Assembly: GCA_036514695.1 (NCBI GenBank)
Contig: DATBWQ010000092.1
Coordinates: 1-57,211, forward strand
Length of the DNA: 57,211 bases
DNA from: Gallionella sp.
GTDB taxonomy: Bacteria; Pseudomonadota; Gammaproteobacteria; Burkholderiales; Gallionellaceae
Direction: 5' to 3'
Shown: piece after piece, positions 31,798 through 41,575 of the stretch
How the letters are laid out: every line of letters begins with the position of its first letter
Position numbering within the stretch: position 1 is the stretch's first letter
The notes under the pieces: model-generated
What the model was told of the DNA's origin: nothing
The model's input: the letters and a program-made list of their open reading frames with translations, nothing else
Database searches by the model: none
Made by a program: the position numbers and the translations under genes

Positions 31798-33747
31798 ATG
31801 GTTTCCAATCAACAATTCTCCGAAGACATCCGCATCTGGCTTGATGCTTTGGCATCGGCCTTCGCGCCCGCAGAAATCGGCGTGATACGCCGCGCCTGCG
31901 AATTGGCCGAGCCGCTCTACGATGGACAACTCGAACTGACCGGCGCACCGCTGCTACAGCACGCGCTCGGCGCGGCTGCGATCCTGGTCGGCATGCACAT
32001 GGATCATGAGACGATCGCCGCCACTATCCTGCATGCGGTGCCTGAATATCTGGATGATTGGGCGGAAAGGCTTGAAAAGGATTTCGGCACCCAGGTGAAG
32101 ATGCTGGTTGAGGGTATCTCCAGAATGGAGCAGATCCAGCAATTCAGCGAGATACCCAGCCAGAACAAAAAGAAAAATGACGAAGCTGTCCAGCAGATCG
32201 AGAGCCTGCGCAAGATGCTGCTGGCGATGGTGCAGGACATCCGCGTGGTGTTGATCAAGCTGGCCGAGCGTACCCAGACCTTGCGTTGCCTGTCCGGTGC
32301 CAGCGAGGATCAACAAAAACAGATCGCACAAGAAACCCGCAGCCTCTTTGCGCCGCTGGCCAACCGTCTCGGCGTGTGGCAGCTCAAATGGGAGCTGGAA
32401 GACCTTTCGGTGCGCTATCTGGAGCCGGAGCTGTACAAGAAGATCGCCAGGCTGCTGGATGAACGCAGGGCCGATCGCGAGCAATACATCGCGGACGTGC
32501 TGGCGCAATTGAAACAGGTATTGGGTCAGGCCGGCGTAAAGGCCGAGGTGACCGGCCGACCCAAACACATCTACAGCATCATCAACAAGATGAAGCGCAA
32601 GCAGGTTGATTTCAGCGAGCTCTACGATGTGCGCGCCGTGCGGATACTCGTTGATGATATAAAAGGTTGTTACACCGCGCTGGGTTTGGTGCATGACTTG
32701 TGGCCGCCGATAGACGGCGAATTCGACGATTACATCGCGCACCCCAAGAGCAACAACTACCGCTCGCTGCACACCGCCGTCATCGGCCCGCGCGGACTGG
32801 CACTTGAAGTGCAGATACGCACCCATGAAATGCACCAGCATTCCGAACTCGGCGTCGCCGCACATTGGCGCTACAAGGAAGGCGGGAAAACAGATACCCG
32901 GTTCGATGAGAAGATCGCCTGGCTGCGCCAGATATTGGAGTGGAAGGAAGATCTGGCCGGCAAAGGCGACCTGCAGGAGCAATTCAGGAACGAGTTGTTC
33001 CACGACCAGGTCTACGTGCTCACGCCGCAAGGCAAGGTGATCGGCCTGCCCAAAGGCGCGACGCCGGTGGATTTCGCCTACACGCTGCACACCGATCTGG
33101 GACACCGCACGCGCGGCGCCAAGGTGGACGGCAGCATCGTCCCGCTCAATTACAAATTGCAGAACGGCCAGCGCGTGGAGATACTGACCATCAAGCAAGG
33201 CGCGCCGAGCCGCGACTGGATCAACCCCTCGCTCGGATTCCTGCAAAGCGCGAGCGCCCGCGCCAAGGTGCGAGCATGGTTCAGAAATCAGAACCATGAC
33301 GAAAACGTCGCGCAAGGCAGGACGCAACTGGATCGCGAACTGAACCGTCTCGGCATCACCACGATCAACCAGGAAAAGCTCGCGCAGCGTTTGCGCTTCA
33401 ACAAACTGGAAGACTTGCTCGCGGCCATCGGGCGCAACGAGATCACCCCGCATCGCATCGCCGTCGCGATCCAGGAAGAACTGCCGACCAAGGTGATTGA
33501 AATTGCAAAGCCAAAAGTTTTCAGGCCCGCAACCCAAGGCACAGCAAAAGCCGACATCACCGTCGGCGGCGTAAACAACCTGATGACCCGCATCGCCAAA
33601 TGCTGCAATCCAGTGTTCGGGGATGAGATCGTGGGCTACATCACGCGCGATCGCGGCATCACGATACATCGCGAAAACTGCGCGTTCATGCTGCGCCTGA
33701 CGGAGAGCAGGCGCGACCGCAAGCTGTCGGCGCAGTGGGGGGAGTAG
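31798..33747 (+). CDS. relA: (p)ppGpp synthetase RelA-type (lacks the C-terminal ACT/RRM domain)
   Basis: Degenerate HD (LHA), GRPKH, DYIAHPK, EVQIRT, TGS domain and CCNP zinc finger. Confidence 0.92.
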   Translation: MVSNQQFSEDIRIWLDALASAFAPAEIGVIRRACELAEPLYDGQLELTGAPLLQHALGAAAILVGMHMDHETIAATILHAVPEYLDDWAERLEKDFGTQVKMLVEGISRMEQIQQFSEIPSQNKKKNDEAVQQIESLRKMLLAMVQDIRVVLIKLAERTQTLRCLSGASEDQQKQIAQETRSLFAPLANRLGVWQLKWELEDLSVRYLEPELYKKIARLLDERRADREQYIADVLAQLKQVLGQAGVKAEVTGRPKHIYSIINKMKRKQVDFSELYDVRAVRILVDDIKGCYTALGLVHDLWPPIDGEFDDYIAHPKSNNYRSLHTAVIGPRGLALEVQIRTHEMHQHSELGVAAHWRYKEGGKTDTRFDEKIAWLRQILEWKEDLAGKGDLQEQFRNELFHDQVYVLTPQGKVIGLPKGATPVDFAYTLHTDLGHRTRGAKVDGSIVPLNYKLQNGQRVEILTIKQGAPSRDWINPSLGFLQSASARAKVRAWFRNQNHDENVAQGRTQLDRELNRLGITTINQEKLAQRLRFNKLEDLLAAIGRNEITPHRIAVAIQEELPTKVIEIAKPKVFRPATQGTAKADITVGGVNNLMTRIAKCCNPVFGDEIVGYITRDRGITIHRENCAFMLRLTESRRDRKLSAQWGE

Positions 33748-33762
33748 CGAAGGCTAGCAGCC

Positions 33763-33794
33763 GTAGGGCGCAATAACCAACGGGCATTGCGCCG
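33763..33794 (+). repeat. REP left of the RAYT gene
   Basis: Perfect 32-nt inverted match to 34382-34413. Confidence 0.95.
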
Positions 33795-33821
33795 GATGAT
33801 TTCCTCCACGATACTGCCGCT

Positions 33822-34352
33822 ATGCCTGATTACCGTCGCGCCTGGCATCCGGGCGGAACTTATTTTTTCACCGTCAACTTGTTGCAGCGGCAAGGCAATG
33901 ATCTACTGACTCGCCATATCGAGTTGTTGCGCGCAGTGGTCAAATCGGTACGGCAACGTCACCCTTTTACGATTCATGGCTGGGTGGTATTGCCAGAACA
34001 CCTGCATTGCATCATCGAATTGCCGCCGGATGATGCGAATTACGCATCGCGCTGGCGACTGATCAAAATGGAATTTTCCAAGGCATTGCCACGCACCGAA
34101 AGATTATCGGCAGTCCGAACCCGGCGCGGAGAGCGGGGCATATGGCAGCGGCGATATTGGGAACACTTGATTCGGGATGAGCGCGATTATCGGGCACATA
34201 TGGATTATGTGCATATCAATCCGGTGAAACATGGCTTGGTCGAAAGCGTCGCAGATTGGCCTTATTCGACGTTTCACCGCATGGTTGCGGAAGGTCTTTA
34301 TCCGGTGAGTTGGGCGGGCGGAAACGAGGGTGAGTTAGGGTACGGCAATTAG
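33822..34352 (+). CDS. rayT: REP-associated tyrosine transposase (RAYT/TnpA-REP, HUH Y1)
   Basis: [26 protein letters not shown] and [10 protein letters not shown]; flanked by inverted REPs. Confidence 0.95.
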   Translation: MPDYRRAWHPGGTYFFTVNLLQRQGNDLLTRHIELLRAVVKSVRQRHPFTIHGWVVLPEHLHCIIELPPDDANYASRWRLIKMEFSKALPRTERLSAVRTRRGERGIWQRRYWEHLIRDERDYRAHMDYVHINPVKHGLVESVADWPYSTFHRMVAEGLYPVSWAGGNEGELGYGN

Positions 34353-34381
34353 TTTGCACACTGTGGTTTGGTGCTAACATG

Positions 34382-34413
34382 CGGCGCAATGCCCGTTGGT
34401 TATTGCGCCCTAC
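34382..34413 (-). repeat. REP right of the RAYT gene
   Basis: CGGCGCAATGCCCGTTGGTTATTGCGCCCTAC. Confidence 0.95.
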
Positions 34414-34434
34414 GCATGCTGAAGAGGAGAAAAA

Positions 34435-35475
34435 ATGACAGTAGATTTGAAATTTGAAAATGAAGCCCAGCTTAGGTTTTCAAGTCGAGCTCTTGAATCG
34501 TTTAGAACTTGGCTTAATAATTTAAGGAATAAAATCTCAAGCGAATTTCCATCGGGATGGACTCCAAAAGAAATACTTGATGCCCAAAACATCTTGGGCA
34601 CTCTTGGGGGAAAGGTCGTTTATCAAGTTAAGGATGAGCAAATGCTGCCATGCAAGCTTGAGACCAAAGATATCCAAGTTCTGCGATACGCCGTTGAGTT
34701 CGCCATCCAATCCTTAATTGAAAAGAAAGAAAATACAGCCCGATTGTCACATCGTCAGGAGCCTCAGGACGAGTTGACTGCGCAGATAGAATGCGGGAAT
34801 TCAGTGCTGAAAATTCAATTACTGGCTGATGCCAGTCCAGTTGGACCGTTCCACCTTTCGAACTATCTAAATCTCGAAACGCTAGCAAGGCTCATGGGGA
34901 AAGATGGTCAGCTTGTCGAGCGCGTGTATGACGCGAAGTTTCACATACTCATGGAGCATTCGCTTTTTGCAAAGGACTTAAGATACTTTATTGATCAGTG
35001 CACTATGCGCGATCGACCTGTCTCTGTCGCTTACATCGACATCGACAACTTCAGTAAATTCAACCGAGATCTTCCAGGCAAGGAGACCCAAGTCGACCGC
35101 GACATACTTCCATATTTCATGAGGGCGTTGGAAGCAATTGTCTTCGGAAAAGGGTTTGCCTATCGAGAAGGCGGTGACGAGTATCTTGTCATACTTCCGA
35201 ACAGCGACAACCGAGAAGCGCTTCAGTTCTTCGAAGCACTCCGCAAGCACCTCGCATCGGTTACCTATCCGATAGAAATTGATGGGCCAACTGTCTCAGT
35301 CGGAGTTTGTACTGTAAGTCCATCTGACCGGAAAACACCCCGTCAGATACAGGAATTTGCAAATCATGCCAAAGCACATGCAAAAACCGGGGGGCGCAAC
35401 CGTGTAGCTGGGTATGCAGCAGAAACTCCTCATTCGAAGGAAACGTTGTTCATCTTTCCCAGTGAGGCTGCGTAG
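34435..35475 (+). CDS. Atypical GGDEF-domain protein with an unrecognised N-terminal domain
   Basis: IDIDNFSKFN, YREGGDEY, TVSVGV and AKTGGRNRV; GAGGAG RBS; more AT-rich than flanks. Confidence 0.85.
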   Translation: MTVDLKFENEAQLRFSSRALESFRTWLNNLRNKISSEFPSGWTPKEILDAQNILGTLGGKVVYQVKDEQMLPCKLETKDIQVLRYAVEFAIQSLIEKKENTARLSHRQEPQDELTAQIECGNSVLKIQLLADASPVGPFHLSNYLNLETLARLMGKDGQLVERVYDAKFHILMEHSLFAKDLRYFIDQCTMRDRPVSVAYIDIDNFSKFNRDLPGKETQVDRDILPYFMRALEAIVFGKGFAYREGGDEYLVILPNSDNREALQFFEALRKHLASVTYPIEIDGPTVSVGVCTVSPSDRKTPRQIQEFANHAKAHAKTGGRNRVAGYAAETPHSKETLFIFPSEAA

Positions 35476-35540
35476 GGCGCAATCATTATTGCGCCGAAAG
35501 AAAACATCCGGTGCAATGCGCTACGCTTATTGCACCCTAC
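35472..35540. repeat. REPIN related to the RAYT-flanking REPs
   Basis: GTAGGGCGCAATCATTATTGCGCCG...CGGTGCAATGCGCTACGCTTATTGCACCCTAC. Confidence 0.85.
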
Positions 35541-35562
35541 AAAATCAGCGCAACTATCCCGG

Positions 35563-36294
35563 CTACCCACCCAGATACGCCCTCTGCACCGCATCACTGC
35601 CCAGCAACTCACCAGCCGCGCCCGACAATGTGATCGCACCGCTTTCCATCACGTAACCTCGCTGAGCGACTTGCAGGGCTAGCCTGGCGTTCTGTTCGAC
35701 CAGCAGGATGCTCATGCCGAGTGCGGCGATGTCTCGGATGGTCTCGAAGATCTTCTGCACCATCAGCGGGGCGAGTCCCATGCTGGGCTCGTCCAGCATC
35801 AGCAGGCGCGGGCGGCTCATCAACGCGCGCGCCATCGCGACCATTTGCTGTTCGCCGCCTGACAGCGTTCCGGCCAACTGATCTTTGCGTTCGGCGAGGC
35901 GCGGGAAGAGTTCATACATGCGCGCAAGGTCCGCAGCGATCTCCTGTTGATCGCTGCGGCTGTACGCGCCCATTTGCAGATTCTCCTGCACAGTGAGGCG
36001 CGCGAATACGCCGCGACCTTCCGGCACTAAGGCCATGCCCATGGACACGCGCTGATGCGCCGCGATGTTGTGCAGATTCTTGCCGTCGTAGAGGATCTGT
36101 CCGCCGGCCGGATGGTGCAGGCCCGCCAGCGTCTTCAGCGTGGTGGTCTTGCCCGCGCCGTTGCTGCCGATCAGCGCGACCAGTTCGCCGGGGGCGATGT
36201 GCAGGTCGATTCCCTTTACGGCCTGGATGCCGCCGTAGGCGACTTGGAGGGCGAGGAGTTCGAGCAATGGCGTGTGATTGGATTCATGCATCAT
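35563..36294 (-). CDS. livF: Branched-chain amino acid ABC ATPase
   Basis: GSNGAGKTT, LSGGEQQM and DEPSMGLAP motifs. Confidence 0.92.
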   Translation of the reverse strand: MMHESNHTPLLELLALQVAYGGIQAVKGIDLHIAPGELVALIGSNGAGKTTTLKTLAGLHHPAGGQILYDGKNLHNIAAHQRVSMGMALVPEGRGVFARLTVQENLQMGAYSRSDQQEIAADLARMYELFPRLAERKDQLAGTLSGGEQQMVAMARALMSRPRLLMLDEPSMGLAPLMVQKIFETIRDIAALGMSILLVEQNARLALQVAQRGYVMESGAITLSGAAGELLGSDAVQRAYLGG

Positions 36295-36308
36295 TTATAT
36301 ATCCTCCG

Positions 36309-36336
36309 GTAGGGGCACGGCGCGCCGTGCCCCTAC
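36309..36336. repeat. Palindromic GTAG REP
   Basis: GTAGGGGCACGGCGCGCCGTGCCCCTAC, identical to 45733-45760. Confidence 0.9.
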
Positions 36337-37109
36337 TCATCAACACCTCCCAGATAAGCGGCGATCACGGCGGAATCTTTGCGCACTTGTTCCGGCACGC
36401 CTTCAGCGATCTTTTTGCCGTAATCGAGCACCGCGACGCGGTCGCACAGTCCCATGATGAGTTTGACGTCATGCTCGATCAGCAGCACGGTGATGCCGCT
36501 GGCGCGTATGGTCTGCAACAATGTTTTGAGGCTTGCCGTTTCGGTGGCGTTCATGCCGGCGGCCGGTTCGTCGAGTGCCAGCAGCAGCGGATCGGTGGCC
36601 AGCGCGCGGGCGATCTCCAAGCGTCGTTGCTCTCCATAGGACAGATGCTTGGCAAGGGTCTGCGCAGGTTTTTCGATGCCGACATAACGCAAGAGTTCAC
36701 GCGCGCGTTCGGTGATGGCGCGCTCTTCGTTGCGCGTTGCGCGATTGCGCAGCAAGGCGCCGAACACGCCGGCGCGGGTGCGCAGATGGCGGCCTATCAT
36801 CACGTTTTCCAGCGCGCTTAGATTGGCGAACAGGCGGATGTTCTGGAAGGTGCGCGCGATGCCGGCCTGTGCCAGAACATGCGGCTTGTACGCCTGATAG
36901 CGCGTACCGTTGAACTGGAATTCGCCCGCGCCCGGTTGATACAGTCCGGTGATGACGTTGAACAGTGTGGTCTTGCCCGCACCGTTCGGGCCGATCAGGC
37001 CGTAGATCTCGCCGCGCCGGATGTGCAGCGACACGTCGCTCAGCGCGCTCAGTCCGCCGAACTGTTTGGCTATGGAGGAGAGTTGCAGCAAGGGGGTTGC
37101 GTCTGACAT
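36333..37109 (-). CDS. livG: Branched-chain amino acid ABC ATPase
   Basis: GPNGAGKTT, RTFQNIRLF and DEPAAGMN motifs. Confidence 0.92.
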   Translation of the reverse strand: MSDATPLLQLSSIAKQFGGLSALSDVSLHIRRGEIYGLIGPNGAGKTTLFNVITGLYQPGAGEFQFNGTRYQAYKPHVLAQAGIARTFQNIRLFANLSALENVMIGRHLRTRAGVFGALLRNRATRNEERAITERARELLRYVGIEKPAQTLAKHLSYGEQRRLEIARALATDPLLLALDEPAAGMNATETASLKTLLQTIRASGITVLLIEHDVKLIMGLCDRVAVLDYGKKIAEGVPEQVRKDSAVIAAYLGGVDE

Positions 37110-37136
37110 TTTTTTATTTCAAAAGAAAAATAATCT

Positions 37137-37188
37137 GTAGGTCGGGCTGCGCCCGACAGCGTAATCCGGCGGGCAAAGCCCGCCCTAC
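37137..37188. repeat. REPIN (same type as the one inside the MITE)
   Basis: GTAGGTCGGGCTGCGCCCGAC...GGCGGGCAAAGCCCGCCCTAC. Confidence 0.85.
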
Positions 37189-37217
37189 AAAATTACACGT
37201 TTGAACTAGCATCAGAA

Positions 37218-38357
37218 TCATACCTTTTCCGCCGCCTCATCGGTATCCAGCTCGCGGCGGCGCACGCGCGACGGCAGCAGCCCGGCCGGACGATACAACA
37301 TCATCACGATCAGCGCGCCGCCGAACAGCAGCATTCGCAGGCTCTCGGGATCGACGAGCGTTTTGCCAAACAGCGCTTGTTGCAGCGGCACGACGCTGTG
37401 GCGCAGCACTTCCGGCAGCACGGCCAGCAGCACGCCGCCGAGGATCACGCCGGCGATGTTGCCCATGCCGCCCAGCACCACCATGCACAACACCATGATG
37501 GATTCCATCAGGCTGAAACTTTCCGGGCTGACGAAGCCCTGGAAACCTGCGAACAGCGCGCCGGACGCGCCGCCGAACATCGCGCCCATCGCAAACGCCA
37601 GCAGTTTGAGGTTGCGCGTGTTGATGCCCATCGCGCCAGCCGCGATCTCGTCCTCGCGTATCGCCATCCAGGCTCTGCCGATGCGCGATTTTTCCAGCCG
37701 CTGCGAGACGAGTATCACCAGCGCGGTGCAGGCCAGGAACAAATAAAAATACAGATGCACCGAGGGCACGGCGATGCCGAAAAAGTTTTGCGTGATGTTC
37801 AGCGGCACATCCGCCACGCTGACCGGATCGATGCGGCTGATGCCTTGCGGGCCGTTGGTCAGATTGATGGGCGCGTTCAGGTTGTTCAAGAAGATGCGGA
37901 TGATCTCGCCGAAGCCCAGCGTGACGATGGCCAGATAATCGCCGCGCAAACGCAGCGTGGGCGCGCCGAGCAGCACGCCGAAACCGCCCGCCACCAGCGC
38001 CGCCAGCGGCAGGACGATCCAGAACGACAGGTGCACACCATCGGGGAACGCCATCGGGAAGGCAAGCGCCAGGTGCGGTGAGCCGGTCAGCGCATAACAA
38101 TAAGCCCCCACCGCGAAGAACGCGATGTAACCCAGATCGAGCAGCCCGGCGAGCCCGACCACGATGTTCAGTCCGAGCGCCAGCATGATGTAGAGCATCG
38201 CGAAATCGACGATGCGCACCCAGCCACGCCCGAGCAGCGCGTCGGTGATGAAGGGCAACAGTAGCAGTGCGGCCAGTAGCAGCCAGAACAACAGCCCCCT
38301 CTCCCGCAAGCGGGAGAGGGTTGGGGTGAGGGAGAACTTTTTAAGCGCGTTCGGCAA
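37218..38357 (-). CDS. livM: Branched-chain amino acid ABC permease
   Basis: LGLNIVVGLAGLLDLG and RLRGDYLAIVTLGFGE motifs. Confidence 0.92.
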   Translation of the reverse strand: MPNALKKFSLTPTLSRLRERGLLFWLLLAALLLLPFITDALLGRGWVRIVDFAMLYIMLALGLNIVVGLAGLLDLGYIAFFAVGAYCYALTGSPHLALAFPMAFPDGVHLSFWIVLPLAALVAGGFGVLLGAPTLRLRGDYLAIVTLGFGEIIRIFLNNLNAPINLTNGPQGISRIDPVSVADVPLNITQNFFGIAVPSVHLYFYLFLACTALVILVSQRLEKSRIGRAWMAIREDEIAAGAMGINTRNLKLLAFAMGAMFGGASGALFAGFQGFVSPESFSLMESIMVLCMVVLGGMGNIAGVILGGVLLAVLPEVLRHSVVPLQQALFGKTLVDPESLRMLLFGGALIVMMLYRPAGLLPSRVRRRELDTDEAAEKV

Positions 38358-39264
38358 TGCGCTCTCCTAGCAAACCCGAGGGGCGGAACACCAGCACCGC
38401 GATCAGCACGAAGAACGCGAACACGTCCTGATAGTTGCTACCCATGAATCCGCCGGTCAGGTCGCTGATGTAGCCCGCGCCCAGGCTTTCGATCAGGCCG
38501 AGCAACAGCCCGCCCAGCATCGCGCCGCGCAGGTTGCCGATGCCACCCAGCACCGCGGCGGTGAAGGCTTTCAGGCCAAGCAGAAATCCCATGTAGTAAT
38601 GTGCCAGGCCGTAGTTGGCGCTGACCATCAACCCGGCCACGGCGGCCAGCGCCGAACCGAGCATGAAGGTGATCGAGATCACGCGGTTGATGTCCACGCC
38701 CATCAGTTGCGCGGCATGCTGATTCTCGGCCACCGCACGCATCGCGCGTCCCAGGCGGGTGCGATGAACGACGACCATCAGCCCGGCCATGATCGCCAGC
38801 GCCAAAACGAAAATGATGATCTGGATGTCGTTGATGATCGCGCCGCCGAAAGTATGCGGTGTGTTGGCGATCAATTGCGGGAAGGAGTGATATTCGCGTC
38901 CCCAGATCATCATCGCCAGATTCTGCAGCACGATGGATACGCCGATCGCGGTGATCAGCGGCGCAAGGCGCGGCGCATGGCGCAGCGGGCGGTAGGCGAT
39001 GCGCTCGATGCTGTAGCCCAGCGCCATGCAGCCCGCCATCGCCAACGCTATGCTGAGCGGCAATGCCAACAGCGGCGGCACGCCCAGTCCCAGCAATGCA
39101 GTGAGTGCGGACAGCGTCAGCATCGCACCTATCATCACCACTTCACCATGCGCAAAGTTGATCAGCCCGAGGATGCCATACACCATGGTGTAGCCCAGCG
39201 CGACCAGCGCGTACACGCTGCCCTGAACCAGGCCATTGATGATTTGTTGTAAGAGAATATCCAA
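38341..39264 (-). CDS. livH: Branched-chain amino acid ABC permease
   Basis: QQIING..GSVYALVALGYTMVYG..NFAHG; TTG start inferred. Confidence 0.92.
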   Translation of the reverse strand: MDILLQQIINGLVQGSVYALVALGYTMVYGILGLINFAHGEVVMIGAMLTLSALTALLGLGVPPLLALPLSIALAMAGCMALGYSIERIAYRPLRHAPRLAPLITAIGVSIVLQNLAMMIWGREYHSFPQLIANTPHTFGGAIINDIQIIIFVLALAIMAGLMVVVHRTRLGRAMRAVAENQHAAQLMGVDINRVISITFMLGSALAAVAGLMVSANYGLAHYYMGFLLGLKAFTAAVLGGIGNLRGAMLGGLLLGLIESLGAGYISDLTGGFMGSNYQDVFAFFVLIAVLVFRPSGLLGERIAERA

Positions 39265-39289
39265 AGGCGCCCCTATAGCTCCGGCTTCC

Positions 39290-39520
39290 GTCATTCCCGC
39301 GCAGGCGGGAAAACGAGCCTCTGGAGGCGAGTTTCGAGGGACGGCCATCCAGCGGTTTTATCTAACATGCCTTGGATTTTGTCCCCGCGCTGCGGGGACT
39401 TTTTTTCTTGACTGGATTCCCGCCTGATAAAACTACTAGCCATTCGACTAAGCTGGCATAAAACACCAGCAAAGTCGCTGGTTATGCGCGGGAATGACGG
39501 GTTTTTAGGGATGCCCTCTA
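39290..39520. repeat. Composite GTCATTCCCGC...GCGGGAATGAC repeat with a nested 60-nt element (39426-39485)
   Basis: Inverted ATTCCCGC palindromes; relatives at 50559-50625, 53835-53899 and 57045-57211. Confidence 0.8.
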
Positions 39521-39539
39521 AATTATTCACACTGCGCCA

Positions 39540-40718
39540 TCAATGCGCTGCCGGAGCAATCGCGCCCAGCGTTTCCAGCGGTTGCCATTTGCCCTGCTGC
39601 ACCTGATATAGCGTGATGGCGCCGCCCTTCAGATCGCCTTTCTCATCGAACTGGATCTTTGCCGTCACCCCGTCGTGCGAAATGCCGGCGAGTGCAGGCA
39701 GGTATTTTGCCGGCTCCACCGAATCGGCTTTCTGCATCGCGGCGATCATCACATTCACCGCATCATAACAATAGGGGGCATATAACTGGATCGGCTGATA
39801 CCTGGCGACGAAGCGCGCCTCGAACTCTTTGCCTCCCGGCATCTTGTCCAGCGGCACACCGGGTAGCGACGCATAACTGCCTTCGGCGGCATCGCCTGCC
39901 AGCTTGATGAATTGCGGGGTATAGCCGCCATCACCCATCATGAATTTCAGATTCAGCGCGAGGGCTTTGAGCTGCTTCGCCATCGGGCCCGCTTGCGGAT
40001 CCATCCCGGCAAAGAACAGCAGATCTGGCTGCTTGCCCTTGACCGCAGTCAGCACCGCGGTAAAGTCATACGCCTTGTCGTTGGTGTATTCACGCGCCAC
40101 GATTTGCGCGCCATTGGCCTGTGCGGATTTGATGAACTCGTCCGCCAGGCCCTGTCCGTACCCGGTGCGATCATCGATGACCGCGATCTTTTTCGCGGCC
40201 AGTTTTTTGGTTGCATATTCTCCCAGCACACGGCCCTGCTGCGCATCATTCGCCATCACGCGGAATGTGGTTTTATAGCCTTTGGCGGTGAATTCCACTG
40301 CGGTGGCAGATGGAGAGATCTGCACGATGCCGTTGTCGTTGTAGATCCTTGAGGCGGGTATGCTGGTTCCGGAATTGAGATGCCCGATCACGCCGCTGAC
40401 TCTGTTGTCCACCAGCTTCTGCGCGACGATGGTCGCAGTCTTGGGGTCGGCCTGATCGTCCTCGCTGATCAGTTCGAAGCGCACCTTGCGCCCGCCTATC
40501 ACGATGCCTTTGCCGTTGGCATCATCTATCGCCATGCGCGTGCCGCTTTCGTTGTCCTTGCCTATGTGCGCCTGCGGGCCGGTCAACGGTGCCGATGCAC
40601 CGATGCGGACGACCAGCTCGCCGGAGGTGCCTGGGTCGGTGGTGGATGATTTCTCGCACCCCAGCAGGGCCAGAGTGACTGCGGCAAGCAACAGCGAACG
40701 AGCAAAACGAAATGACAT
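39540..40718 (-). CDS. livK: Branched-chain amino acid ABC substrate-binding lipoprotein
   Basis: LLGC lipobox, APLTG, EDDQADP and GHLNSG motifs. Confidence 0.88.
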   Translation of the reverse strand: MSFRFARSLLLAAVTLALLGCEKSSTTDPGTSGELVVRIGASAPLTGPQAHIGKDNESGTRMAIDDANGKGIVIGGRKVRFELISEDDQADPKTATIVAQKLVDNRVSGVIGHLNSGTSIPASRIYNDNGIVQISPSATAVEFTAKGYKTTFRVMANDAQQGRVLGEYATKKLAAKKIAVIDDRTGYGQGLADEFIKSAQANGAQIVAREYTNDKAYDFTAVLTAVKGKQPDLLFFAGMDPQAGPMAKQLKALALNLKFMMGDGGYTPQFIKLAGDAAEGSYASLPGVPLDKMPGGKEFEARFVARYQPIQLYAPYCYDAVNVMIAAMQKADSVEPAKYLPALAGISHDGVTAKIQFDEKGDLKGGAITLYQVQQGKWQPLETLGAIAPAAH

Positions 40719-40843
40719 GGCCAACCCCCGTAAGAATGCCTGCTGATTATGCAGAGACGGCGCGCTGCTTGTCAATTTTAAACATCATGAATGAAACACC
40801 ATGAAACACCGGCAAAAAAAACCGGCAAAGCTTATTTTGAAAC

Positions 40844-40871
40844 AAAAAAAGCCGACTCGCGTCGGCTTTTT
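40844..40871. terminator. Rho-independent terminator
   Basis: AAAAAAAGCCGAC-TCGC-GTCGGCTTTTT downstream of the cytochrome gene. Confidence 0.8.
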
Positions 40872-40889
40872 CGTGGAATCGCTTCCTGC

Positions 40890-41207
40890 TTACTTGGCCA
40901 GGCTCATAACAAAACCAGCCAATTCCTTAGTTTCGGCTTCGCTGAGTTTAGGCTGTGGAGGCATAGGCACGGCACCCCAAGCACCGCTACCGCCCTTGGA
41001 TATCTTGGTGCTCAGTTTGGCTACTGCGTCAGCATCACCCTTGTACTTGTTGGCGACGTCTTGCCATGCTGGACCAACTATTTTTTTGTCGATTGCATGA
41101 CATCCGTTGCAACCGCTTTTCTTGGCAAGTGCCGGCATATCAGCCGCCATTGCGCTACCCGCGACCATCAAACCTGCTACAGCGACGCTTACGATAATAG
41201 ATTTCAT
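40890..41207 (-). CDS. Monoheme cytochrome c551/c552
   Basis: Signal peptide, CNGCH, VGPAW and WG..PMPP. Confidence 0.95.
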   Translation of the reverse strand: MKSIIVSVAVAGLMVAGSAMAADMPALAKKSGCNGCHAIDKKIVGPAWQDVANKYKGDADAVAKLSTKISKGGSGAWGAVPMPPQPKLSEAETKELAGFVMSLAK

Positions 41208-41508
41208 TCTTTAGCTCTCCGAATATATGTGTGAAACATTCAAAACGGTGCGAAGATTTTTTCTTCACCATTGATTCTAAACGACCCCGTTCACTTTACC
41301 GGCCAGATTCTTTGACGGCAGGCAGATAACGCAGCTGTCGCAACTATGGTTGACAGCTTCATTCCAACTCAGGCAAATTCCGGCCCGAAGCCGGATAATC
41401 CTATTCCGCGTGGGGCATCGACTGCTTATTCGCCGGTGGCAAGTCGCGCTCAATACTGTTTGCCTTGCCATTCATTCATACATCGGCAAATCAGGAACCG
41501 GCAGCAAC

Positions 41509-41534
41509 AAAAAAGCCGGCTTGCGCCGGCTTTT
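41509..41534. terminator. Rho-independent terminator
   Basis: AAAAAAGCCGGC-TTGC-GCCGGCTTTT. Confidence 0.8.
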
Positions 41535-41575
41535 CCAGGATCGCTCCTGAACTTTCGATACGATTCAGGGCAGGC

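Noticed and set aside
34414..35475. GGDEF gene as an integron cassette
   Set aside because: No RYYYAAC or attC remnant is visible at its 3' end; only the REP junctions are supported.
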